Assembly: GCA_035527835.1 (NCBI GenBank)
Contig: DATKZS010000229.1
Coordinates: forward strand, 1 to 43,073
Source of the DNA: a bacterium
GTDB lineage: Bacteria; RBG-13-61-14; DATKZS01
DNA: 43,073 nt
Direction of reading: 5' to 3'
A program made the position numbers and the translations under genes. The notes under the pieces are model-generated. The model had not been told where the DNA came from. It saw only the letters and a program-made list of their open reading frames with translations, and searched no databases. Positions 22,955-30,634 of the stretch are shown in pieces (within the stretch, counting starts at the first letter, position 1; each line of letters opens with the position of its first letter).

Positions 22955-23700
22955 TCTCCTCCCCCGGCCGGGCTAACGGGCAGGCCCAGCCGCTCCATGA
23001 CCTGTTTGATGTCCTCCCAGACCTCGCGCTTGGCAGAGGCGTTGCGCAAGAGGTAACTGGGGTGGAACGTCGGCATCACCGGGATGCCCTTGTACTCGTG
23101 CCAGTTGCCGCGCAGGCGGCTGATGGGCGTTTCCACGTTCAAGAGCGCGTGGGCGGCGACCTTGCCCAGCGCCACGATCACGCGCGGCCGGATGGCCTCG
23201 ATCTGCTTGTCCAGGAACGGGAAGCACTGGTCCTTCTCGGCCGGCTCCGGGTCGCGGTTTCCCGGCGGACGGCACTTCACGATGTTGGCGATGTAAACCT
23301 CGCTCCTTTTCAGCTTCATGCCCTTCTCGATGATGTCGGTGAGCAGGCGGCCGGCCTTGCCCACGAAGGGCACGCCCTGCGCGTCCTCGTCCTCCCCCGG
23401 CCCCTCGCCCACGAACATGACGCGGGCGAACGGATCGCCGTCGCCGAACACGATGTTGGTCCGGCCCTTGGCGAGCGGGCAGCGGGCGCAGTCGCCCAGC
23501 TCGCGCCGGATCTCGCGGAGCAGCTCCGCCGGGTTCAGCTGGCGGCCGCTTTGCTTTCTGGCCTTGCGCTGGGCCTCCTCGAGCTCAGCCGCGGCCAGAC
23601 CGGGCACGCCCCGTTCCATTTCCCGGAGCAGGCGCTCGCGGAGCGCCCGGGCCAGGTCCGCCGCCTCTTCCTTGGCCGGCCGGGCGCAGCTATCGCTCAT
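22951..23700 (-). CDS. Family 4 uracil-DNA glycosylase (4Fe-4S), with ~55-aa N-terminal extension
   Basis: Hallmark [23 protein letters not shown] motif. Four Cys (CARC, KCRPP, CFPF) for the Fe-S cluster. Stop overlaps the NfeD start (ATGA). Confidence 0.85.
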   Translation of the reverse strand: MSDSCARPAKEEAADLARALRERLLREMERGVPGLAAAELEEAQRKARKQSGRQLNPAELLREIRRELGDCARCPLAKGRTNIVFGDGDPFARVMFVGEGPGEDEDAQGVPFVGKAGRLLTDIIEKGMKLKRSEVYIANIVKCRPPGNRDPEPAEKDQCFPFLDKQIEAIRPRVIVALGKVAAHALLNVETPISRLRGNWHEYKGIPVMPTFHPSYLLRNASAKREVWEDIKQVMERLGLPVSPAGGGE

Positions 23701-23760
23701 TCGAGCGCCCCCCGCAATATTTCCGCTGCCAGTTCCTTCTCCTGCGAGGCGGCACCGAGT

Positions 23761-23814
23761 GGTGGGCGGGACACTCCTGTCCCGCGCCCGCCCGACAAGA
23801 GTGTCGGGCCCACC
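23761..23814. repeat. REP-like compound palindrome, copy C
   Basis: ggtgggcGGGACACTCCTGTCCCgcgcccgcCCGACAAGAGTGTCGGGcccacc, in the divergent intergenic region. Confidence 0.6.
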
Positions 23815-23837
23815 CCTTGAAAATATTTTCCGAATTG

Positions 23838-23866
23838 TTGCATGTTGCCCCTTTTAAATCTATAGT
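23838..23866 (+). promoter_or_regulatory. Sigma70-like promoter TTGCAT-N17-TATAGT
   Basis: -35 at 23838-23843, -10 at 23861-23866. Points towards the 23992 gene. Confidence 0.4.
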
Positions 23867-23911
23867 CTAATTGGCAGGGAAGCAAGGATTCAAGCTTAAA
23901 AGGCTCAAAAA

Positions 23912-23936
23912 GTCCGGCGCCGGCCGGATTTTTTTT
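23912..23936 (+). terminator. Intrinsic-terminator-like hairpin TCCGGCGCCGGCCGGA + T9, inside the 5' leader of the 23992 gene
   Basis: Perfect GC-rich palindrome followed by 9 T, flanked upstream by A5 (bidirectional shape). Located ~45 nt downstream of the predicted promoter and 55 nt upstream of the ATG. Confidence 0.5.
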
Positions 23937-23991
23937 CCGACTGATCGCATACAAGGGAGCCGATCACGGGTTTGACAAGGAACTCGGATTC

Positions 23992-24912
23992 ATGAAGTCT
24001 AAAATTTTCGCAGTGGCTTTCTGGGCGGCATGGTTCGTTGCCGCGTTAGTGGCGTTTGCCACTCCGGCCTTGGCGTGGGGCCCGGGCGCGCACATTGACG
24101 CGAGCCGGTTCCTGCTCGAGCACCTGGTGCTGATCGCGCCGTTCATCCGCAAGCTCATCTCGTCGCACCCCTCGGCGTTCACCTACGGCTCCATCGTCCC
24201 CGACATGGTCCTGGGCAAGCGCTACATGCGGCCGGAGCGCAACAACCACCGCTGGGACATCGGCTTCAACATCCTTTATGCCGCTCAAAACCCGCGCCAG
24301 CAGGCCTTCGCGCTCGGCTACCTGTCCCACCTCGCCGCCGACACCGTGGCCCATAACCATTTCGTGCCCGACCGCATCCTGGGCAATTTCGACCGCCGCC
24401 GCCGCGGCCACGTCACCCACGAGCTGCTCTTCGACGCCATGCTCGACGACGAGGTCTGGGACGTGATCAAGGGGCTCACCAAGAAGTCCTTCCGCGAATG
24501 CGACGCCCTGATGCGCGCCGAGCTGCCCCGGACCCCGCTTCCGAAAAGGGTGAACCACCGCATCTTCCGGAGCGGCGGCGTGCTCGTCAACAGCGGCGGA
24601 TGGGAGCAGATCGTGCGCGGAATCAGGTACCGCTACGGACACGAGCTCCAACAAGGCGCCATGATGCCTTACGTCCTGGCCATCCACGAGACCGTGCTCG
24701 AATTCATGAACGATCCCGACACCGCATCCTGCCGCGGCTATTGCCCCACCGGCTCCAATGTCCTGCACGAGGCCGAAAGCCTCCGCCGCGACCTCAAGTT
24801 CCTCAAAAAGAAACGACTGCTCCAGCCCGACGACCATCTCGGACTGGTCGCCGACTTCGGAAAATGGAGAACAGCAGAGGGAGTGAAGGGCACGGGCCGG
24901 CGGGGAGCGTGA
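23992..24912 (+). CDS. Zinc-dependent phospholipase C-like metalloenzyme (PF00882-like), signal peptide
   Basis: Mature N-terminus begins with Trp (AWGPGAH). LGYLSHLAADTVAHNHF resembles the PLC LGLSLHYLGDVNQPMHAANF Zn-ligand block. 306 aa. Confidence 0.5.
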   Translation: MKSKIFAVAFWAAWFVAALVAFATPALAWGPGAHIDASRFLLEHLVLIAPFIRKLISSHPSAFTYGSIVPDMVLGKRYMRPERNNHRWDIGFNILYAAQNPRQQAFALGYLSHLAADTVAHNHFVPDRILGNFDRRRRGHVTHELLFDAMLDDEVWDVIKGLTKKSFRECDALMRAELPRTPLPKRVNHRIFRSGGVLVNSGGWEQIVRGIRYRYGHELQQGAMMPYVLAIHETVLEFMNDPDTASCRGYCPTGSNVLHEAESLRRDLKFLKKKRLLQPDDHLGLVADFGKWRTAEGVKGTGRRGA

Positions 24913-25005
24913 CCTTAATTTTTTCTCTCCCATCCTCGATTCCCGCCCGGTCCCGGGCGAGCCGAACTTATTGATCACTGTAAAAGTAAAGTCGTGCTTG
25001 AGACT

Positions 25006-25062
25006 GGTGGAGGGGACACTCCTGTCCCCTGCGCTTGGGCCGACGGGAGTGTCGGCCCCACC
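25006..25062. repeat. REP-like compound palindrome, copy D
   Basis: ggtggaGGGGACACTCCTGTCCCCtgcgcttgGGCCGACGGGAGTGTCGGCCccacc, between convergent gene ends. Confidence 0.6.
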
Positions 25063-25097
25063 TCTTGCAGCAACATTATTCTTGCAGTGGAGCGGGG

Positions 25098-26231
25098 TCA
25101 GTCCGCGATGGGGGCGATGTCTTTGTGGAAGTATTGCCGGACGGGTTCGGGGAGGATGGATGGTCCGGGGCAGGAGGCGATGAGGGGGTCTAAGGGGATG
25201 GAGTTGTAGGTGGCGATGAAGAGGGCGGGGAGGTTTTTGCGGGATGGGTCGGCCATGAATTCGATGAAGCCGGCCATGGCTTTTCCGGAGTAGGCGCCGT
25301 CGAGCGTGAGCCCTTCCAGCTCGGAGGCGAGGGCGATGGCCTCCATCCCCTTTTTGGTGAACTGGGCGTAGGCGGCTCCGAAGTAATCGTGGAGCATGGT
25401 GAGCTCGCGCGCCCGCGTTTTCACGTTCGGGATTGCCGGGTCGAGGCGGCGCAGATAAGCGAGCGCGCGGTTTAGCATGAACGCGGCGATCTTTTCGTTG
25501 GCGAGGGCCCGGGCGTACACGCGCACGCCCACGGCCCGGGTCTTGAGCCCGGCGAGCTTGAGGCCGAGGGCCAGGCCGGAAAAGGTCCCGGCCGAGCCCA
25601 CGGGCACGAACGCGAAGGCGGGCTCGGGCATCATGCCTTCCCGCACCTGCGCGGCGATCTCCAGGCCGGCCTCCACGTAGCCCATCACCCCGAGCGTTGA
25701 CGAGCCTCCGGCCCACAGCAGGTAAGGCCGGCGGCGCTTTGCGATCCAGTCCCGCAAATAGATGGAAGCGATGCGCAGCGGCGCCTTCAGGTCGCCCTCC
25801 ACGTACTCGATCTGGCAGCCCTGGCAGCAATTGGCCAGGATGTTGTCGCGCAGATACTGCTGCACCGGCTGGGGCACGAACACGCCCACCGTCTCGATGC
25901 CGATCTTTTTGGCGTAAATTGTGGTGGCGAGCACGTGGTTCGAGCCGACGGCGCCCAGGGTGATCACGGGGTTTCTTTTCCGTTTAAAGGCGTCGGCCAG
26001 GGTGAACTCGAGCTTCCTCACCTTGTTGCCGCCGTACTCCTCCCCCGAGAGGTCGTCGCGCTTGACAAAGAGGGCGGAGGCGCCGATGCGCGCCGCGAGC
26101 TGGTCCATGCGCTGGACCGGGGTGGGGAATTTCCCGAGCGGCAGCCAGGGCAGCTTGCCGGAGAGGCCCGGGAATTTGCGGACCAGGTACAGCTCGCGTA
26201 CATCCGTGGGGTTCATGCCAGGCGAGAGCAT
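25098..26231 (-). CDS. PLP-dependent ACC deaminase / D-cysteine desulfhydrase family enzyme
   Basis: GGNKVRKLEF PLP-lysine motif and fold-type II architecture. The ORF track start at 26363 runs through hairpin H4; start placed at the internal Met (~26231 or 26216). Confidence 0.75.
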   Translation of the reverse strand: MLSPGMNPTDVRELYLVRKFPGLSGKLPWLPLGKFPTPVQRMDQLAARIGASALFVKRDDLSGEEYGGNKVRKLEFTLADAFKRKRNPVITLGAVGSNHVLATTIYAKKIGIETVGVFVPQPVQQYLRDNILANCCQGCQIEYVEGDLKAPLRIASIYLRDWIAKRRRPYLLWAGGSSTLGVMGYVEAGLEIAAQVREGMMPEPAFAFVPVGSAGTFSGLALGLKLAGLKTRAVGVRVYARALANEKIAAFMLNRALAYLRRLDPAIPNVKTRARELTMLHDYFGAAYAQFTKKGMEAIALASELEGLTLDGAYSGKAMAGFIEFMADPSRKNLPALFIATYNSIPLDPLIASCPGPSILPEPVRQYFHKDIAPIAD

Positions 26232-26288
26232 AGCCGATGGCGGGGGAGGGATCAAATGGTGAGCGGTGGGCGGGCGATAGGATCTCGC

Positions 26289-26352
26289 ACAGAGACACGG
26301 AGACACAGAGATTTCTTTTTTTCCATACTTCCTCCGTGTCTCTGTGTCTCGG
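26289..26352. repeat. Long hairpin, 'cagagaca/cggagaca' tandem-unit class (H4)
   Basis: cacagagacacggagacacagagat ... ctccgtgtctctgtgtctcgg, with a 15-nt T-rich loop. In the divergent intergenic region. Confidence 0.55.
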
Positions 26353-26456
26353 CGCGAAACCAATTGATCAATGGCGGGCAGTCCCGCTTCATGGGGAACG
26401 CCCGTTTGCCCCGCCGTATATTATTCCGTTATCATGAGAGGCGGCGGCATCATGCC

Positions 26457-27947
26457 ATGAACGAGACCAAGGACAGGCCGGAGGCGGAGGAGGCCGAGGC
26501 GGACCCGCGGGCGGCGGAGCGGGAGGCGTGGATCGAGCGGCTGCGCCTTGACGGCAAGTACCGCATGTTGTTCGAGCTGGAGATCCTGTTGAAGGGCCTG
26601 GACCGCTTCTTCAACGTCGAGAACCTTCCGCTCGCCAACATGCAGCAGGTGATTGCGCTCAATTTCGTGGACGAGCTGGAGATCATCCTGCAGTTCGTGG
26701 ACCGGGTGGTGGAGCTTTCGGGCGTGCTGCTCGACGCCTCGCGGCAGGAGGACTACCAGTTCAAGTATTACATCGAGACCAAGCTCCTGGGCGACTACGA
26801 GCGCTCGCGCTGGCGGGAGGCGGTGCTGGAGCAGGAGAACCCGGAGGCCAGCCTGTTCGTGCTCTACGGGACCTTCTTGAACCTGCGCGAGATCCTGCGC
26901 GGACTCACTCAGCTTAAAGTAGTGCCCTACACCATCTTCTTCAACACCGGCAACCTGATCAGCCGCGAGATGCTGGGCAACCGCTACTTCAACCCGTCCC
27001 GCCCGGTCGAGTTCCGGCCCGAGTTCGACAAGGTCAATAACAAGCGCATCGGAATGATCGTCCGGGCCGTCAAGGACGCCCAGCTCCAGCGCAACGCGTC
27101 CATCGTGGTCCTCGCCTTCAACCGGCTGTTGCAGTACCTGCGCTTCATTGACCCTCGGAGCGAGTCCATCGAGCACCTGAAAAGCTCGCTCCTCTTCTTC
27201 GCCCTCATCCACTCCGAGTCGAAATACCTGATGGAGTTCATGGAAACCAACCTGCCCGACCGGCTCGCGGGCAACCCGGACAAAATGCGCGGGCCCTTCA
27301 CCGAGGCCTGCGACTCGCTCTCCTTCCAGCTCCAGATGGAGCTCAAGAAGATCCACGCCGGCGAGCTCCTCAACCTGGCCAAGCAGAAAAAGCTCGAGAG
27401 CGTGAAGACGGCCGTCGAGAACAGCCACGGTATCCTGATGAACTTCTTCCAGCAGAGCGTGATCCAGATCCTCAAGGTGTTCGAGTCGGGGCTGGCGGGG
27501 GAGGAGATCTTCCCGGTGTTCATCTCGCGCCGGAAGCAGAGCCTGAAGCTCCGGGAGGACCTGGCGGTGTTCCGCTCCATGATGGAGAAATTCGAGGAGA
27601 TCACCGAGACCACGGAGGCCGGGATGCACCTGGACACGTATCTGAAATACCTGGTCCTGCAGAAGGGCTTCGTGGCCAGGATGCGGCGCGGCACCATGCC
27701 GCTGATGCGCTACCACGACCTGGTGGAGTTCGAGAAGTACCTGAAGTTCGTCGAGGGCCTGGGCCTCGACGACCTGCATATCATGGACAAGCTCGACAAG
27801 TTCAAGATGGAATCCAAGTTCTTCAAGATCCTGGTCGAGACCACCTTAGGCCACATTGACAACCGCTCCGAGCTGCAGGGAGAGCCGCTGGACAAGGCCA
27901 GGGTGGAGCGCAGGCTGAAGCGGTTCGTGGTGGAGTACCTGAAATAG
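26457..27947 (+). CDS. Hypothetical all-alpha protein, 496 aa, no recognised domain
   Basis: Real-protein amino-acid composition (K/E/F/L/N/Y-rich), unlike the antisense frame. Acidic N-terminus. GCGGCGGCAT upstream of the ATG. Confidence 0.6.
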   Translation: MNETKDRPEAEEAEADPRAAEREAWIERLRLDGKYRMLFELEILLKGLDRFFNVENLPLANMQQVIALNFVDELEIILQFVDRVVELSGVLLDASRQEDYQFKYYIETKLLGDYERSRWREAVLEQENPEASLFVLYGTFLNLREILRGLTQLKVVPYTIFFNTGNLISREMLGNRYFNPSRPVEFRPEFDKVNNKRIGMIVRAVKDAQLQRNASIVVLAFNRLLQYLRFIDPRSESIEHLKSSLLFFALIHSESKYLMEFMETNLPDRLAGNPDKMRGPFTEACDSLSFQLQMELKKIHAGELLNLAKQKKLESVKTAVENSHGILMNFFQQSVIQILKVFESGLAGEEIFPVFISRRKQSLKLREDLAVFRSMMEKFEEITETTEAGMHLDTYLKYLVLQKGFVARMRRGTMPLMRYHDLVEFEKYLKFVEGLGLDDLHIMDKLDKFKMESKFFKILVETTLGHIDNRSELQGEPLDKARVERRLKRFVVEYLK

Positions 27948-28005
27948 AAGCTAGAATATAGAAGAAGAGGCCGCGGCGCTTCAATTCTATATTCTATCTT
28001 CTGGA
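27947..28005. repeat. Imperfect hairpin of 'aatataga' units (H5) between the unknown gene and hemL
   Basis: gaagctagaatatagaagaag ... cttcaattctatattctatcttc, plus an extra gattctatattc copy. Confidence 0.4.
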
Positions 28006-28033
28006 TTCTATATTCTTTTTGAAGGAGTTCGCG

Positions 28034-29314
28034 ATGTTCAGTCATTCCAAGGAGCTGTTCGAGCAGGCTCAGGCGCTGCTGGTGGGCGGGGTGAACAGCC
28101 CGGTGCGGGCGTTTCGGGGCGTGGGGGGCACGCCGGTGTTCATGGCTAAAGGCCGGGGCAGCAAGATCGAGGACGAGGACGGGAACGTCTTTATTGATTA
28201 CGTGTTGTCGTGGGGCCCGCTGATCCTGGGGCATGCTCACCCGGCGGTGGTTGACGCGGCGGTGGGGGCGGTGAAGGACGGCTCGAGCTTCGGCGCGCCG
28301 ACGGTCAAGGAGATCGAGATGGCGCGTCGGGTGCAGTCGTTTTACCCGTCGCTCGAGAAGATGCGTCTCACGAGTTCGGGCACGGAGGCGTGCATGGGGG
28401 CGGTGCGGGCGGCGCGGGGTTACACGGGCCGGGACAAGATCATCAAGTTCGAGGGCTGCTACCACGGCGGCGCGGACTATTTGCTGGTGAAGGCCGGGTC
28501 CGGCGCCACTACACTCGGGCAACCGGACTCCGCCGGCGTGCCCGCGTCGTTCGCCGAGCATACCATCGTCATCCCGTATAACGACATCCACGCGCTGGAG
28601 CACGCCTTTGCCGAGCAGGGCCCCCGGATCGCCGCGCTGATCCTGGAGCCGGTGGCCGGCAACATGGGCCTGATTTTGCCCGAGCCCGGGTTCCTGGACG
28701 CGGTGCGCAACCTGACCACGCATTACAACGCGCTCTTGATCTTCGACGAGGTGCTGGTCGGCTTCCGCATCCGGGGCGGCGCGCAGGGGCATTTTGACAT
28801 CAAGCCGGACCTGACGTGCCTGGGTAAGGTCATCGGCGGCGGGTTCCCGGTCGGCTGTTACGGCGGCCGGGCCGAGGTCATGGCCAAGGTGGCGCCGGAG
28901 GGTCCGGTGTACCAGGCGGGCACGCTCTCCGGCAACCCGGTGGCCATGGCTGCCGGGCTGGCCACCCTGGAGGAGCTGCAAAAGCCGGGCGTGGTGGACG
29001 ACCTGGAGGCGCGCACCGCCGCGCTGGTCAGCGGGCTTAAGGAGGCCGCGAAAAAAGAAGAGGCCCCCGTGTCGTTCTCGTCCATCGGCAGCATGTTCTG
29101 CATCTTCTTCCGCGACCGGCAGCCGGTGAACTATACCGAGGCCATGCAGGGCGACGCTCAGCGCTACGGCCGCTTCTTCCACGCCATGTTGAAGAGGGGC
29201 ATCTACCTCGCGCCCTCGGCCTACGAGACCGCGTTCCTCTCCACGGCGCACTCGTACGAGGACATAGACAAGACGGTGGCGGCGTTCCGGGAGGCGCTCA
29301 AGGAGAGCGGGTAG
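28034..29314 (+). CDS. hemL: Glutamate-1-semialdehyde 2,1-aminomutase
   Basis: MFSHSKELFEQAQALLVGGVNSPVRAF N-terminus and class-III aminotransferase body. GAAGGAG RBS 6 nt upstream of the ATG at 28034. The ORF track TTG at 28019 is rejected. Confidence 0.9.
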   Translation: MFSHSKELFEQAQALLVGGVNSPVRAFRGVGGTPVFMAKGRGSKIEDEDGNVFIDYVLSWGPLILGHAHPAVVDAAVGAVKDGSSFGAPTVKEIEMARRVQSFYPSLEKMRLTSSGTEACMGAVRAARGYTGRDKIIKFEGCYHGGADYLLVKAGSGATTLGQPDSAGVPASFAEHTIVIPYNDIHALEHAFAEQGPRIAALILEPVAGNMGLILPEPGFLDAVRNLTTHYNALLIFDEVLVGFRIRGGAQGHFDIKPDLTCLGKVIGGGFPVGCYGGRAEVMAKVAPEGPVYQAGTLSGNPVAMAAGLATLEELQKPGVVDDLEARTAALVSGLKEAAKKEEAPVSFSSIGSMFCIFFRDRQPVNYTEAMQGDAQRYGRFFHAMLKRGIYLAPSAYETAFLSTAHSYEDIDKTVAAFREALKESG

Positions 29315-29332
29315 CGAGATAGAACACAAAGA

Positions 29333-29459
29333 GAACCGCCAAGACGCCAAGGCCGCCAAGAAAAAATAGATAAAAATATGGAAGGACGGAAACGCAACTC
29401 CGTCCTTCTTTATTAAATCCAATAAATTCTTTCTTGGCGGCCTTGGCGTCTTGGCGGTT
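29333..29459. repeat. Long hairpin with perfect 30-bp inverted arms of tandem 'gccaag' units (H6), with a nested small hairpin in the loop
   Basis: aaccgccaagacgccaaggccgccaagaaa ... tttcttggcggccttggcgtcttggcggtt are exact reverse complements. Loop contains gaaggacggaaacgcaactccgtccttc. Sits between the convergent hemL and galT ends. First 19 nt are identical to H10. Confidence 0.7.
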
Positions 29460-29477
29460 TATTTTACTTAATGGAAC

Positions 29478-30482
29478 TCACCCCACGTCCATTTCCCTCA
29501 AAAATTCCGCCGCTTCCTCGGGCAGGACCGGGTTGATGTAGAATCCGGAGCCGTACTCGAAGCCGGCGATGCGGGTGAGGCGGGGCATGATCTCGATGTG
29601 CCAGTGGTAGTAGTTGTTGTACTGCTCGTCAAAGGGCGAGGTATGGAGGATGGAGTTGTAGTGGGGCCTCCGGAGCGCGGCGTCGAGTCGTTTGTGGACC
29701 TCGTTGGAAATGGCGGCGAGGTTCTTGAGCTGGGCCGGGTTGCAGTCCTCGAAGCAGGAGTCGTGGGACTTGGGCAGGATCCAGACCTCGAACGGAAAGA
29801 TGGGGGCCCACGGGCTCACCGCGATGAAGCCCTCGTTCTGGCACACGATCCTTTCCTCCATGTCCGTCTCCTGCTGGATGATGTCGCAGAAGATGCAGCG
29901 CTCCTTGTACTGGTAGTACTCGCGCGATCCGTTCATCTCCTCCACGATGTGCTTGGGGAGGATGGGCAGCGCGATGAGCTGCGAGTGCGGGTGCGCGAGC
30001 GACGCCCCCGCGGCCTCCCCGTAATTCTTGAAGAGCATGACGTACTTGAAGCGCCGGTCGTGGCGCAGGTCCACGATCCGCTCGCGGTAGGCCCGGTAAA
30101 CGTGCTCGATGTCGGACAAGTCCATGGTGGCGCGGGTCACGTCGTGGCGCGGCGACTCGATGATGACCTCGTGCGCGCCGGTGCCGCTCATACGATCGAA
30201 GTAGCCCACGCCCTCGCGATGGAGCTCGCCCTCGATGCGCAGCGCCGGGAACTTGTTGGGGATCACCCGCACCCGCCAGCCCGGGGTATTGGGAGCGCCG
30301 GCGCCCTCGCGGATGGAAAAAATCTCCGGCGGGGTCTGGGCCTCGTGGCCCTCGCAGAACGGGCACTTCTCCGCGCCCTTCTGCTCGTAGGCCTGGGTGT
30401 AAAAGTCCACCGGCCGCTTCCGGCGCTCGGTGGCGATGATCACCCACCGGCCGTCAACCGGGTCTCTTCTCAGCTCCGACAT
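29478..30482 (-). CDS. galT: Galactose-1-phosphate uridylyltransferase
   Basis: CPFCEGHE zinc site and HPHSQ active-site motif. Start placed at MSELRR (GAGGAG RBS). The ORF track extends to 30560. Confidence 0.85.
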   Translation of the reverse strand: MSELRRDPVDGRWVIIATERRKRPVDFYTQAYEQKGAEKCPFCEGHEAQTPPEIFSIREGAGAPNTPGWRVRVIPNKFPALRIEGELHREGVGYFDRMSGTGAHEVIIESPRHDVTRATMDLSDIEHVYRAYRERIVDLRHDRRFKYVMLFKNYGEAAGASLAHPHSQLIALPILPKHIVEEMNGSREYYQYKERCIFCDIIQQETDMEERIVCQNEGFIAVSPWAPIFPFEVWILPKSHDSCFEDCNPAQLKNLAAISNEVHKRLDAALRRPHYNSILHTSPFDEQYNNYYHWHIEIMPRLTRIAGFEYGSGFYINPVLPEEAAEFLREMDVG

Positions 30483-30634
30483 CAGAATCTCCTCGCCAGG
30501 ATTATCGCAAAAGCGGCCCGCTAAAACAAGGACGGCGGCCGCGCGCCCGCTTGACTTCAATGGGCCTCTCCCGCTATGGTCAAATCAGGCTTTTAGCCTT
30601 GCACTTTTAACACATTTTCGCCCGGGGGAAAATC

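Noticed and set aside
23697-23954. 85-aa ORF in the UDG / PLC-like divergent intergenic region.
   Set aside because: It runs through the REP-like palindrome and the promoter/terminator elements. Low-complexity translation. It most likely reads through non-coding structured DNA.
26232-26363. N-terminal extensions suggested by the ORF track. These are the ACC-deaminase-family gene starting at 26363, galT at 30560, the SPFH gene at 20774, hemL TTG at 28019, the GH51 gene at 12015 and the OmpA-family gene at 33752.
   Set aside because: The extensions are low-complexity, run through hairpin or repeat elements, or lack an RBS. Internal ATGs with good Shine-Dalgarno sequences and family-typical N-termini were preferred.
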